A DNA stretch of 64,000 bases from Trichoplax sp. H2. Its lineage: Eukaryota. How positions within the stretch are numbered: position 1 is the stretch's first letter; every line of letters begins with the position of its first letter. The notes under the pieces were generated by a model, which was given only the letters and a program-made list of their open reading frames with translations, did no database searches and was not told the DNA's origin. The DNA lies in the NCBI GenBank assembly GCA_003344405.1, contig NOWV01000013.1:930001-994000 (forward strand), given 5' to 3'. The position numbers were made by a program, and so were the translations under genes. Positions 1-11,690 of this stretch are shown piece by piece.

Positions 1-263
1 TTATTACTTTTGGGATCGGTTGTCTTTATCCTGTTATAGGAATTTAGTAAATTGATATAATATTTTTAAAATGAATCGGCATTGTATAATGCCTAAAAAC
101 TGAGATTGATATTAGTTAAAATATGTAAAAATTTTTTACTACCCAGACGGAATAGGAAACAGTCTATTTGAATACGACTGAAATGAGGTATTTAGAAATT
201 ATTATTTTATTGCAGTAACAAAGCTCGCTAAGACAGCTACATCGTCCATACGATCATACTAAC

Positions 264-1938
264 CGTTAGCGACTAGTGCAAAGAAAGCTTTTTTCATCTA
301 ATACAAAAAACGTAATCGATTCAGTTGCAGTTAGTTCTGAGTTTAGTTAATAAAGCGTGATTATACTGTACTGTCCAATATAAATTTGTATATCTTACCG
401 ATAACTTGGTATCCAGGGTTACAATTTTGGAGCTAGGAGGAATGAGTTCTTCGCATTTTACAGATTTTAAAAATCTCATATAGTTGTCATCCTCCGAATC
501 TACAAAAGAATTCATTCTGAGCTATCATTGGCATGCTGAGTAGATATTGATTACGATTAATTAATTATTAGGATCAGTAATAGGGTTATCATGTTGAAAT
601 AATTCTCTTATGCAAGTTTAGAGTGCAGGTAGGGGTAGATAAGTAATGAATGAGAAATTAAATGCTCCGGTGTTACTGTAATGTGATGCAACTAAGGTTA
701 TCCTTCTAGAACGTTATAAAAGGTAGAGCAATTGTCGATAATTAATAATTGTCTAATTTAACTTACAATTAATTCATTCTTACTGTTTTAGTTAGTTTTT
801 ATTATTAATTATCTTGAATAACGTGCTACTACATTACAGTACTATGCATACCGTACAATAGCGAGTAAAATAGTGTTTACGATGATAATAATTAAGTAGA
901 ATTTATAATCTGAGGACTTGCCTTGTAAAATCATCCTTTCAACTTGAGTGCGAGAATTCTAAGTGTAAAAACAAAGTGTAAGAGGCGGCCGCATGTTGAT
1001 AATAAAATCATCAAGGTGATCATAATATAAAAATATTGACGAGGTAGAAGCAATTCATAAGAGTTTCCATGAGAAAAAAAACGTATCAATGATCTAGGTA
1101 GGTCAATTCATTATTGTAGCGAGTTGATAAAATAAAAAAATAAATAAAACTGATGATATAGCTTGGTGTTGACTCGGTAATTGCGCATTTTTATACAGAT
1201 AGTAAAGCACCGTAAGAACTGATAATAAGATACAGAATAGGGTAATGTAATTCTACTTTGGCGCAAATTAGTTATCCAATAAAATCATTAGATATTTGAA
1301 TCGATTGTATTAGTGATAACTTGTGAACATTCTCACAAGACAACTACAATTTTCACAGTCTTTCTTGAAAATAGAAAAGTGAGAGAAAGTTGATAAAAGT
1401 GCACTGAACTAATCGATGAATGCCCATATTCAAATAAAGTTATGATTTTATTACAGAAATTGTGATGCATGTAGCATTAAGTGATAGCATACAGTCCAGT
1501 TTCTAAAACTGTTCTGTACCGGAAAAGACTGCTATCTTTCATTAGTATAACTTTAAAAGTCAACATTATTTTAGGAATGATCAGAAAAGAAGAAAAAAAA
1601 AGGATAGCGGTCAAGATGTGCTCGTATGAGTTGTTGCATTCAAGTTGAACTAAAACTACTACGATGAAAATATAGAGTACCTTAACTTCTTCTGTTTCCA
1701 TTTCATCATCTTCGATGTTTTGTAAATCCGAAGGTACATAGGCCCTTAAGTTGGGTTTTTCACCTGGATCCGATCGAGATCGTGCTAGCAATCTTTCAGA
1801 TGGGGATGAATCATGAACAGACTGAGAACGTCGGTTACCGGAATTGGTTTTATGAGCAAGTTTATGGGCTGTTTTTTTGGTAGGTGATTTGACCTTAGCA
1901 TTGGATGGATCCACATCGGTATCATCAAATACCGGCAT
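264..1938 (-). CDS. PRKAG: 5'-AMP-activated protein kinase gamma subunit (CBS-domain), 5' part; the gene continues beyond the left edge of the window
   Basis: Exons 1938-1681 (MPVFDD...ETEEVK), 958-922 (NSRTQVERMILQ, GC donor), 499-399 (DSEDDNYMRFLKSVKCEELIPPSSKIVTLDTKLS) and 297-264 (MKKAFFALVANG) join in frame. YMRFLK..KC.ELIP.SSK.V..DT.L..KKAFFALVANG is the hallmark start of AMPK-gamma CBS1. Confidence 0.93.
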
Positions 1939-4458
1939 AGCAAATTTGCTGAGATCCTATTGTCAATAAAGGTACATTAATAAAATTGGATAATGCCTAG
2001 GTTTATTGCTGCTACTCTGTCTCATCACGTTGTCCAATATTGGATTAGAAGACTTTTGATTACAGTACTAAAGATGGTCAAAATAGAGTGTGTGTGTGTG
2101 TAGCAGGCTATTGCAAATTTCAATCCACTAAAATACACCTCGGGAATCTTGTGAGTGGGATAGATTGTGACATCTATCGTGTGCTCATGGTTTGGACTAA
2201 ACTAAAATGCGTCATCAAGGACTATCAACAAGGCAGCAGGTATCCTGTCAATTGATATTTCTCTCCTCTCAGTAGAAGAGGATCAACATGCATTGGATCG
2301 CTATCCATGAAGGTGAGAACGTATGTTGTTATGCCTGGACAAGATTGCAAAGGGACATATCTTCTATCACTTTCCATGCAGTACGTCGATACTTGTATAG
2401 AAGAGTGTTGTAGGAAAATGGTGGCGCAAACATCTATCGAAAGGTAAAAATGACCAACTACGGTGATAACGTACGTGATGAGAATTCCATTGTGGACGAA
2501 TAGTCGATAGTAGAGTAATTTCTTGCCCACATTATGCTCCACTTGGGCAAATGTAGCAATCCTTGCAGTTCGATTATGATGGACGATTTTCCCATCGTTG
2601 GCGAACTCAGGCAAGATTCCATCACAGTACGATAGTGGGATAAATTTGTGCTTTTGCTCCGTTGGCAGGAGTAAACTTTGGTTGAATGATGGACTGCACT
2701 TTGATATTACGTCTTAATACTACTAATGGTAGCATTAGGGTCAGCGTGGTTAAGCTAAGTATGCAATTAATGGATGCTATCATGCCTATTCTTACATCAT
2801 CTTCTCCTATTTCCATTGGATCGAGTTCGTGGTCATCCATGATGTTGTAGACCTTTGGTAGTCCAACCTAGAATAACATACGTCCATTTTGAAATGCTGA
2901 GTACTAGGATGCATCAATTGCTCTATTGCAGTGTCCATCCAGCCAACCTGGTTGAAATGGACAGTCATTGTGATACTACCACTACTACTATAGACAATGT
3001 TGTATCAAGAAATAGACATGAATTTGCCAATTTTCTATCTCCTTTATTTGCTATCTACTCGTCTCTATCCTATCTTTAAAGTCTATGCAATGATTATATG
3101 GCTGCATTAGCAATCGTCGAGCTCGCTGTGGAGAAAGAGTTAGCACGCTCGATCGACCTACCTGACTTTTCTTGTCGACGATCTAATATTCAACAAGCAA
3201 TTGCAATTAGAGCTGTAGCAGCAACAATAGTCAATAATGGAGCATAGAATGGAATAAATCCTACTTAGGATGGAGAGTTTTGATTCTGCAAATAAATTGC
3301 CTCTTGAAAATTGCAATTGCTTAACTCTGTCAACGACATGGAAAGGGAATAGAGAGCAATGTTTTCAACATCCCCGCTGGGTCTTTCTGTCGTAGCGTCA
3401 TCGACTTCCAACTCGCTGATGGATGGAGCACTCGACTGGATGGTGGTATGGACGCTTTAGGACAGACCGAGGTTACGGACTCGAACTGTGTGGAACAAAG
3501 TGGCCATCGTCGTGTGATGGTTGATTGACGTTTGCAAGGGTAATGGATGAAACATTGCCAATACGAGTAGGGTATTGTATCAAGTTGCTTGCATATTTTG
3601 TGGAGGGCTCGATAAATTTCATGTTGGCACAACGTGAGTGGTTTCCACTGGCATTTTACATCGTTTTCATCCACTATACTGTGTACTGTATCAGCTTGCA
3701 TGGGTGGAAGACATCGGATCAAGCTTTTCTCTACAAGATTCTTTTCTTATTGACTACTCTACACGGTACAGTACTGTATCATGTTTCAGTAGGATGGAAA
3801 AGACGGCAAAAGCAGGGGGATTTTGGAAGTTTGCAATGCAAAACTTGATCCAAGTCTTGCAAGTCGCTGGCCAACGCAAGATCTTGCCAACATGGAGTCC
3901 ACTCAGTACAGTACAGTACAGGGCAATCTAGAGTACAATGTACTGTACACTGTGTAGTACATACTGTACGCCACTACAAATAGGATCGAGGTCGTGATTG
4001 CACCTGGGTATTCAAACACGGGTCAAATTCTCCAATACACTAACTAGATCGAGGTGTAAAATGCTGTATGGTACAGTACACTACTCTATGCAAAAGTAGT
4101 GTCCACTGTTGTATTGGTTCGTAATACAACGAGTAGAGGATTTTTCACTTCTCCGGCGTGCTGTATACGACACTTGTTTTGCACATTGCTAGTACAGTGT
4201 GTATCCTAACATTTTGTCACTTTCGGGCTATATTTTTCTTTCAAAATACAGTAAAGCTATAATAGAATGATATATTAGGTTGATGACTATGTAAAGGAAA
4301 AATTTAGATGTCAAGTTCCAATGTAACTCAAATGCTATGGAATGTAACAACTCTTCATCAGTATTTCCTTATTAAGATCACAGGTTGATGCTTTTCAAAG
4401 TGACAAAATACTGTACAGTGTACAGTACTTTGATACACACTGTACAGTACATTGTCGA

Positions 4459-5493
4459 CTGGGTACAGTAGTCGGTAATTACAGTACACAGCGTACTGCG
4501 TACTGTAGTACAGTACAGTATTATGGACTGTAGAGTACAGTACTGTACTCAGTACTGTAGTAACTGTGATGACTTACTGTACTGTATTGTACAGTACAGT
4601 ACATACTGTACTGTACAGTAGAGCGTCAGGATACGCAGGTACTGTATAGTACAGACTGTACAGTACAGTACAGTACTGTACACTGATTGCCATGCTACGG
4701 TACGGTACGTCACGTCACAGCAAAAGCTTTAAACTGGGTACAGTAGTCGGTAATTACAGTACAGTGTACTGTAGTATACTGTAGTATTATGGACTGTAGA
4801 GTACTGTACTGTACTGTACTGTACAGTCATCACAGTTATTACAGTACTGAGTACAGTACTGTACAGTGTACAGTACTGTAATAACTGTGGTGACTTACAG
4901 TACAGTACTGTACAGTACTGTACAATGTACAGTGTACATACTGTAGAGCGTCAGGCTTAGGGTCAGGCTTAGGGTTAGGATCCACCACACGAGCAGTGCA
5001 TGACTTGATAGCACTGTACACTGTACAGTACAGTATAGTACAGTACAGTATAGTACAGTACAGTATAGTACAGACTGTACACTGTACACTCACTGAGTGT
5101 ACAGTACAGTACACTGCTTGCCATGCTACGGTACGGTACGCCACGGAACAGCAAAAGCTTTAAACTGGGTACAGTAGTCGGTAATTACAGTACTGGACAG
5201 TACTGTACAGTGTACAGTGTACTGTAGTATACTGTAGTATTATGGACTGTAGAGTACTGTACAGTGTACAGTACTGTACTCAGTACTGTAATAACTGTGA
5301 TGACTGACAGTACTGTACAAGTACAGTGTACATACTGTAGAGCGTCAGGCTTAGGGTCAGGCTTAGGGTTGGGATCCACCACACGAGCAGTGCATGACTT
5401 GATAGTACTGTATAGTACAGTATAGTACAGACTGTACAGTACACTGCTTGCCATGCTACGGTACGGTACGTCACGGAACAGCAAAAGCTTTAA
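4459..5493. repeat. Three-unit tandem repeat (about 276, 430 and 329 bp) built on ACAGT/ACTGT/GTAC low-complexity sequence, with conserved blocks and TTAGGG-like hexamers
   Basis: CTGGGTACAGTAGTCGGTAATTACAGTAC recurs at about 4459, 4735 and 5165. GCCATGCTACGGTACGGTACG...CAGCAAAAGCTTTAAA closes each unit. GCGTCAGGCTTAGGGTCAGGCTTAGGGTT(A/G)GGATCCACCACACGAGCAGTGCATGACTTGATAG is in units 2 and 3. Similar TACAGTAC low complexity extends back to about 3760. Confidence 0.9.
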
Positions 5494-7822
5494 ATATTGC
5501 AACCAGCCTCTTGGCAGTTCACTTCTCCGCGCACGTGGCTCTCCAATCGCTCTATCTTGTTGCGCTCCTCTTCGTTTCGTTTTTCCTGGATTGAGGCAAA
5601 TGTGGCAAAAAGAAAAAGAAAACGCCATGGTAGAGAAGAAATGGGCCTGTAGGACTAGCCAATGGTAAGTAGATTTCCTCGACAGTCAACCTAGTAGAAG
5701 CTGCAGAAGTAGACAGTAGGAGACGTCTTTTCCACCTTGAAAAAAGTCTTGAAATGCTGACCAGTCATGCCTCTCCTCGGAGGTCCATGACGCTTCAGTT
5801 TTTGTCTTTTTCATCGTCATTCGTAGCGATCTCTGCCAGTGGAGCATGCTATCTGTACCATGTCATGTTCTCTTCTGATATGATGATGTTGTATGTGATT
5901 CCCCATCAGACTATGTTATGACGACATGCAACAAATTCTGATTCCATCAATGCCTTGACCTTAAAAGGCAATATCCAAATAGCTTGCTTCCAGTCATGCT
6001 TCAATTAAATAGCAAATTATTTCTGTTCTTAGCTAGGTAACGCTATCGTCATGATGGAGAAAGCTTTCGCTGCAGCGGTCCACCAAAGATGAAAGATAAT
6101 GGTCTATGAGACAACAGCGAAACGCAATTTTCCATGACTAAAAACGTGCCATGGCCTTGCAAGGGTGAATGATGGATGCATGCATCTTCCAACTCTTTGC
6201 GTCGACCGACTACGTTAAAGTAGCGTCTTTGTCGGCTGTGATCTTAACATGCTTGGATAGGCAGTGTAAGTGTCAATACAGTAGCATGTAAAACTCGAGA
6301 GTGCAACCGATTTTTGGGTAAATGATGACTATACCTTTTTTCCCCTTCTTATCGATATATGACGACGTTTTCACTTTAATTTTAAGCCAGTGACTACTGA
6401 TCCCAAATTATCCAATGATATTGAATCCTATTATTTGTTCACATTTCTGGTACTTGCTGATCAACTAAACTAGGTCATTTTATTACTACCCGTACTCTTT
6501 AGGATCAGCCTTTCCACAAATAGTCATGCGTAAAGAAACATTGAAGCAAGTGAATTCCAACAGCTGTTGTGTTAGATGGTTAAAATGAATTGAGGTATGT
6601 AGAAAAGCACACCGTGACATAGATCATTTTAGTAATGCATCACGCCTTTTGATTGTACACTGTTCAGTACATTTCTGATGCAAATCGATGATGAAGATTT
6701 GCCGAAATTCGCAGTTTCCAACCGAAGGTTGGGTAGTTGCCAGCTACACAACCTGTGATGGCATATTCCTTGGATGTCTGAGATTTGCTACAGCAGTGTA
6801 CACGTAGACATACTGTATAGTGGCGTATTTACTAGCTTGCGATGATGCAGTTGCTCTTGGACTACTCTTGACAAATTTGAATACGTTATTTCTGTATGTC
6901 ATGTGTGTATGAATGTACTGTGTAGCTGGAGTTCGAAAATAGGTACTTGTTAGGCGTAGGTGATTAATATCTATATGCTTGGAATGTATTCTATATTGCT
7001 ATAGGCAGTGGTGAAAGCCGACATTGGAGGTACAAGACAATTCGTAATTACCAAGATCGTTTTTGGTACGTTACTGACATTTCTTGAGGCGTGATTACTG
7101 CAGACAGCCTGACAAATTGAATTGCACAGAATAGGGTGGGGTGAAGGACCCATTCTGTCGTTAATCAATACTAATTGTACCTATTAGTCAGTTTGTTGCC
7201 GTAAACTGTTTGTACAATGAATAAAATATTGATGCTATAAACAATAAATATGTACAAGCACGTCAATCAGAAATGCAATAAAGTTAGTTTGAAATCAATG
7301 AAACTCGTGTAGTACATTGCTGCTATTTCAAAGAACGAAACGTTCCACGCCTGATTTTATGAACAACTAAAACGGATGTGTGCTCTGCATGCGTGACTAC
7401 TGGTCGTTTATGCACATCATGATAATCAGTGAGTAAAAATAGCACTAGAAGAAATTGTGTATTGAAATATGAATAAGCGTACTTTATTACATGCTAATAT
7501 TGGTAGATACCATAGTAATAAAATAAATATTACTGATTCTTACAAATTAATACGTACAAAAATGATTACATTATTACACAATGTACCGCAAATAATACAG
7601 GATTTAGTAGTGAAACGCTATATTTGCATTGCTAGGCATGCACTGCATGGACTAGAATGATATCAGTAAAAGTTCATTTACAGTCAATAAAATACGGCCA
7701 TTTTCTCCGTATTATTACAAAGATTTTAGTAGGAGTCTTATGTCCAGTCCAGGACAATATAGAGTATAAGCAAGTCACTTTACAAAAATGAGCTATGATA
7801 CAATTTGAGATTTAATTCAAGT

Positions 7823-10533
7823 TTAATCTTGATGAGGCTTGTATAAATCTTCATACTGCAAAGGAAAAAAAGATGTTCATTAGCAATCTCGATAGCAGTT
7901 GGAAATTTTAGCATTTTAATCGTACGTATACATCAATGTCAACAGATAATCTTACCACAACAAGTTGTCTCCCAATATTTCCAATTGTAAGTCCACCTGA
8001 GAAATAAATCGACGGTAGCCAAGACTTGACAGATAATAAATCTGGCTCATTGTAACTGATAAAAGGCGAAAATTTATACTTCGTTAGCTTACTATAGAGC
8101 AACGCATTTTGCATGCTTTTAGCCAATGCTAGTAATAGTAAATGTTGACAGAGTGACAATTACCTAAAGACACCATTTGAGACTAAAATTTGATTAAAGC
8201 CCGTAGCAACAACAGCCGATAGCATGGCCAAGAAAAGACCAGTTCGAGTGCGATCGTATAACCACCACAAGCAAAGTGACATTGCCGATACCCAGAATGT
8301 TAGCTGAGCAGGTGTTGAAAAATTAAGTGTCTATATGGGAAAGAATCAACGAGCACATTAAAAATACACGTCCATTTGCGAGATTAACTTTAAGGTGTTG
8401 ACATTCTTGTACAATAGAAATGAATTGCAAATCGACAGATGTGTAAAAACTACGATAACGGAAAAGGTGCACCGAGCAGTGTATTATATTATTGTATTGA
8501 TACAGGGTCATTGAGCAATATAGTTACTGTCAATATGCAGGCATCCAAATTTGTATATACTGTATAATGTACAGTATCATATTGTGAATATTTTTTGTCG
8601 CATATTCAATATACGCGTAGAGCGGTATCCACAGTGTCCTGACACTGTAATATGTGAGAAGAACACCAATCATGAAGTTTACATTAGTGTGCCTGTTGAT
8701 TTGCTTGTGCTGTAACACCGTCAATTAGGGCATAACTGACTGAAACTTGCAGGTAAGACAAGTTACTTCTAGTTAACGTATCATAACATAACATTAGATG
8801 AAACTGTGTCAAAAGAATTTAGTACAACAGCCATTTCGACCATATTCCGTAGATCACGAGAATATTTTAGTACAACCATTTCGACTATATTCCGTAGATC
8901 ACGAGAATATTTTAGTACAATCATTTCGACTATATTCCGTAGATCAAGAGAATAGTTTAGTAGAACTATTTCGACTATATTCCGTAGATCACGAGAATAT
9001 TTTAGTAGAACTATTTCGATTATATTCCGTAGATCACGAGAATATCTTAGTAGAACTATTTCGACTATATTCCGTAGATCACGAGAATATTTTAGTACAA
9101 CCATTTCGACTATATTCCGTAGATCACGAGAATATTTTAGTACAACCATTTCGACTATATTCCGTAGATCACGAGAATATTTTAGTACAACCATTTCGAC
9201 TATATTCCGTAGATCACAAATATATTTATTTTAGTAGAAGTTGATGCAAATTAGCGCAAGACCGCACTGCACTCACGTGATAGTGGGTGCGGACTTTGCG
9301 TCATAAAGGATTCACCTACGGTATTGCAGTATCAAACAGTGTACTGTTCCGTACATTACCTACACTCCCATAGCGAGAGTTGAAAAGATCATTTAGAAGC
9401 GTAGATATACGCTACAATAGCATAATAACATGTAGTGGATCGCTTTAGTGTAAACTGCCCTTCCACGACGCTATTTAACCCTTCATTAATTCAACATTTT
9501 CATCGATTAGGTTGGGAACAGAGACTCAACTATTTGCGTCAAAACACAAAAACAATCGCAGTTTGTACTAGTCCATGAACACTACATAGCATTCTTGTGT
9601 AGTATAATAATGATCAAGCAATTGAATAAAACGTCTCTTCCATCATGATGACGTGTATATTGATCATGGATCAATCAAAATCGAAATGTTGTAGTACAAC
9701 TTGAGATGATGATGTTGACTAATAACATCATCATTCTGATCGCATAACTTGAGATGATGATGTTGACTAATAACATCATTCTGATCGTCTAACTGGAGAT
9801 GATGATGCTGACTAATGACATCATCATTTCTGATCGTATAACTTGAGACGTTGATGTTGACTAATATCATCATCATTCTGATCGTAAAACTTGAAATGAT
9901 GATGTTGACTCATGACATCATTATTCTGATTGTATTACTTGAGATGATGATGCGGACTAACAACATCATTATTCTGATCGTGAAATTACAATCCTGTTGA
10001 TATTCAACAATAACATGCTAGTAAAACACTGTAATAATACTAAGCGATTAGTCGTGGCAAAGGTTTTCAAACTTGTGTCTTACTACTAGCAGAAGAAGTA
10101 CATGAATGACTGTATGTCGAAAAAAAGCATCAGAAGTAAAGAGGACACTAGGAAAGAGAACGGCATAACCTATACGGCAGATTCAACTTACAGCGGCAGC
10201 GTGATTAATTCCTATCCATAAAGCAGTACAACGCATTATACTTGTCCACTCGTTCTTGATTTTAGGAGATTCACCTAAATGATGATCTGCACAAGGAAAT
10301 GCCAATCCAATCAATACAGCACCAGTACCATATGATGGCAGCATCCACCAAGTAGACATTGATAGGCCAAACAAAGCGAGGCCTGACAGGACGTCTCGCG
10401 AAAAAGCGGCTACATTACGTTGAACTTGTAAGACATTCAGTACAAGAGCGAATATGACACCAATGAAAAACAAGGCAATGACTATTCGAAGCCAAGGAAC
10501 TAGTGCCGAACGAAGTGATTTGACGTTGGTCAT
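7823..10533 (-). CDS. INSIG: Insulin-induced gene protein (INSIG), about 213 aa, 4 coding exons
   Basis: Exons 10533-10192, 8330-8164, 8055-7956 and 7855-7823 have GT-AG ends and consistent phases. INSIG motifs: LFFIGV..ALVLN.LQVQRN, EW.SIMRC.A..IGINHA, LWW.YDR.R.G, PD.L.V.SWLP.IYFSGG.TIGNIGRQL. The C-terminus is KPHQD (KxHxx-type ER retrieval, as in vertebrate INSIGs). Confidence 0.96.
8812..9238. repeat. 45-bp minisatellite, about 9.5 near-identical copies, in INSIG intron 1
   Basis: Unit GAATATTTTAGTACAACCATTTCGACTATATTCCGTAGATCACGA repeated in tandem. It explains the 15-aa periodic ORFs on both strands. Confidence 0.95.
9698..9983. repeat. 45-49 bp minisatellite, about 6 copies, each containing an inverted repeat, in INSIG intron 1
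   Basis: Unit ACTTGAGATGATGATGTTGACTAATAACATCATCATTCTGATCG(C/T)ATA. ATGATGATGTT and AACATCATCAT are reverse complements. Confidence 0.9.
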
Positions 10534-11382
10534 GATTGTGCATAAAGACAGTAAGCGTTGACCAGATTTCGTTTTCGTTATTTGACAATGTTTTCTATTA
10601 CGCTGATGACTCTCTAACGAGCCTATACCACAATGAATAGTAAGTAATATCCAATGTTATGACAGCAAAGATAGTGTCCAGTTTACATGTTACTTATTGC
10701 AATTATCTACTGATGAGAATTAGAAATGGAAGTATTTCCAACATGATAGCAATAACAAACTTGCCTTACTGCTGATGTCAATTACAGTACAGCAAATTCT
10801 ATTCTATGATTATTACACTACAAGTGACGTGCAGTCCATATCAGAATCTTCCGTTGACCAAAGTATCTACTGTACAAACGGTAGATGATCATTCCAGAGC
10901 TACACTACTGTAGGTCTATGGACTAAGTTTGATTTTTCCAGCTGTTGTAGGCTAGTGAATCTTCAATTTCTGTTGCAATATCGTACAGCATTATTATTAT
11001 ATTCAAAATCAACGCAAGGCATACAGTACTGTATATGTAAAGTATCCACTGCAAGCTCTTCCATAAAGAAATTTGGACAGCGTTTCACTTACGTAATTTG
11101 ATCCTTTTGCCAATCAAAGTATTCAATTCAAGCTAAAAAGCCAAGTAAAATGGATTGATTGATTTTGCCTTGAAGGTTGATATATGAAATAGAAACCGAG
11201 TAGACTAGAGCGTGTTGACATCGGTGTCAAGGCAGACTGTGATTGCAGTATGCCAACTATTCGATCCTAATGGTCGCTATGGTAGTGTCCAAGTCAGTAA
11301 CATCTGATTGATCTGCTGATACTCGTTGGAAAAATTGTTGGAAAGAGTGATACGGTAATCAAACAGGGCATCCATTCTTTTA

Positions 11383-11690
11383 GTCAGGTGATCAGTGGTG
11401 TAACCATTGGATTGGATGGGTGCCGTACAGTACCCTGTACGGTATTGCAGTACAGTACTATACTGTAGACTATCAGCCAGCCGTGGGCATTCTGTGTCGT
11501 ATCGTACAAGCCTTAAAGCAGCTAGGGTACAGTGCAAAGTACTGCAGACCACAGTACGTACAGTCGAGTACTGTAGTAAAGGTTACAGTGGACGTGATGT
11601 CAATGGAGTGAGGTGGTGAACTGTTCTTCCAAGAAAGAGACTACGCATGTGCCATCTTGTAAGGTGATTGATAGCCAACCAATCAAATTG
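11383..11690 (-). promoter_or_regulatory. Putative INSIG promoter with SREBP-like and CCAAT motifs
   Basis: Minus strand has ATCACCTGAC (11383-11392), two CCAAT (11406-11415), ATCACGTCCAC (11588-11598) and CTCACTCCAT (11603-11612). Plus strand has CCAAT at 11679-11683. The cluster lies just upstream of a candidate 5'-UTR exon whose donor (GTAAGT) is near 11092. Confidence 0.45.

Noticed and set aside
2225-3931. Cluster of 70-130 aa ORFs upstream of AMPK-gamma
   Set aside because: No recognisable domains, several non-ATG starts, overlap on both strands and no consistent exon chain.
4839-5668. Cys/Thr/Val/Tyr-rich ORFs (YCTV repeats, PNPKPDPKP)
   Set aside because: They are translations of ACAGT/ACTGT low-complexity DNA and telomere-like hexamers.
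8781-9244. Overlapping 137-aa and 148-aa ORFs on opposite strands with a 15-aa period; the array also looks superficially CRISPR-like
   Set aside because: This is a 45-bp (multiple of 3) minisatellite inside an INSIG intron. There are no unique spacers and no cas genes.
9700-9980. Box C (ATGATGA) and box D (CTGA) motifs in each repeat unit suggesting a snoRNA cluster
   Set aside because: The C-to-D distance is only about 25 nt, and the C/D order is on the strand opposite to the host gene.
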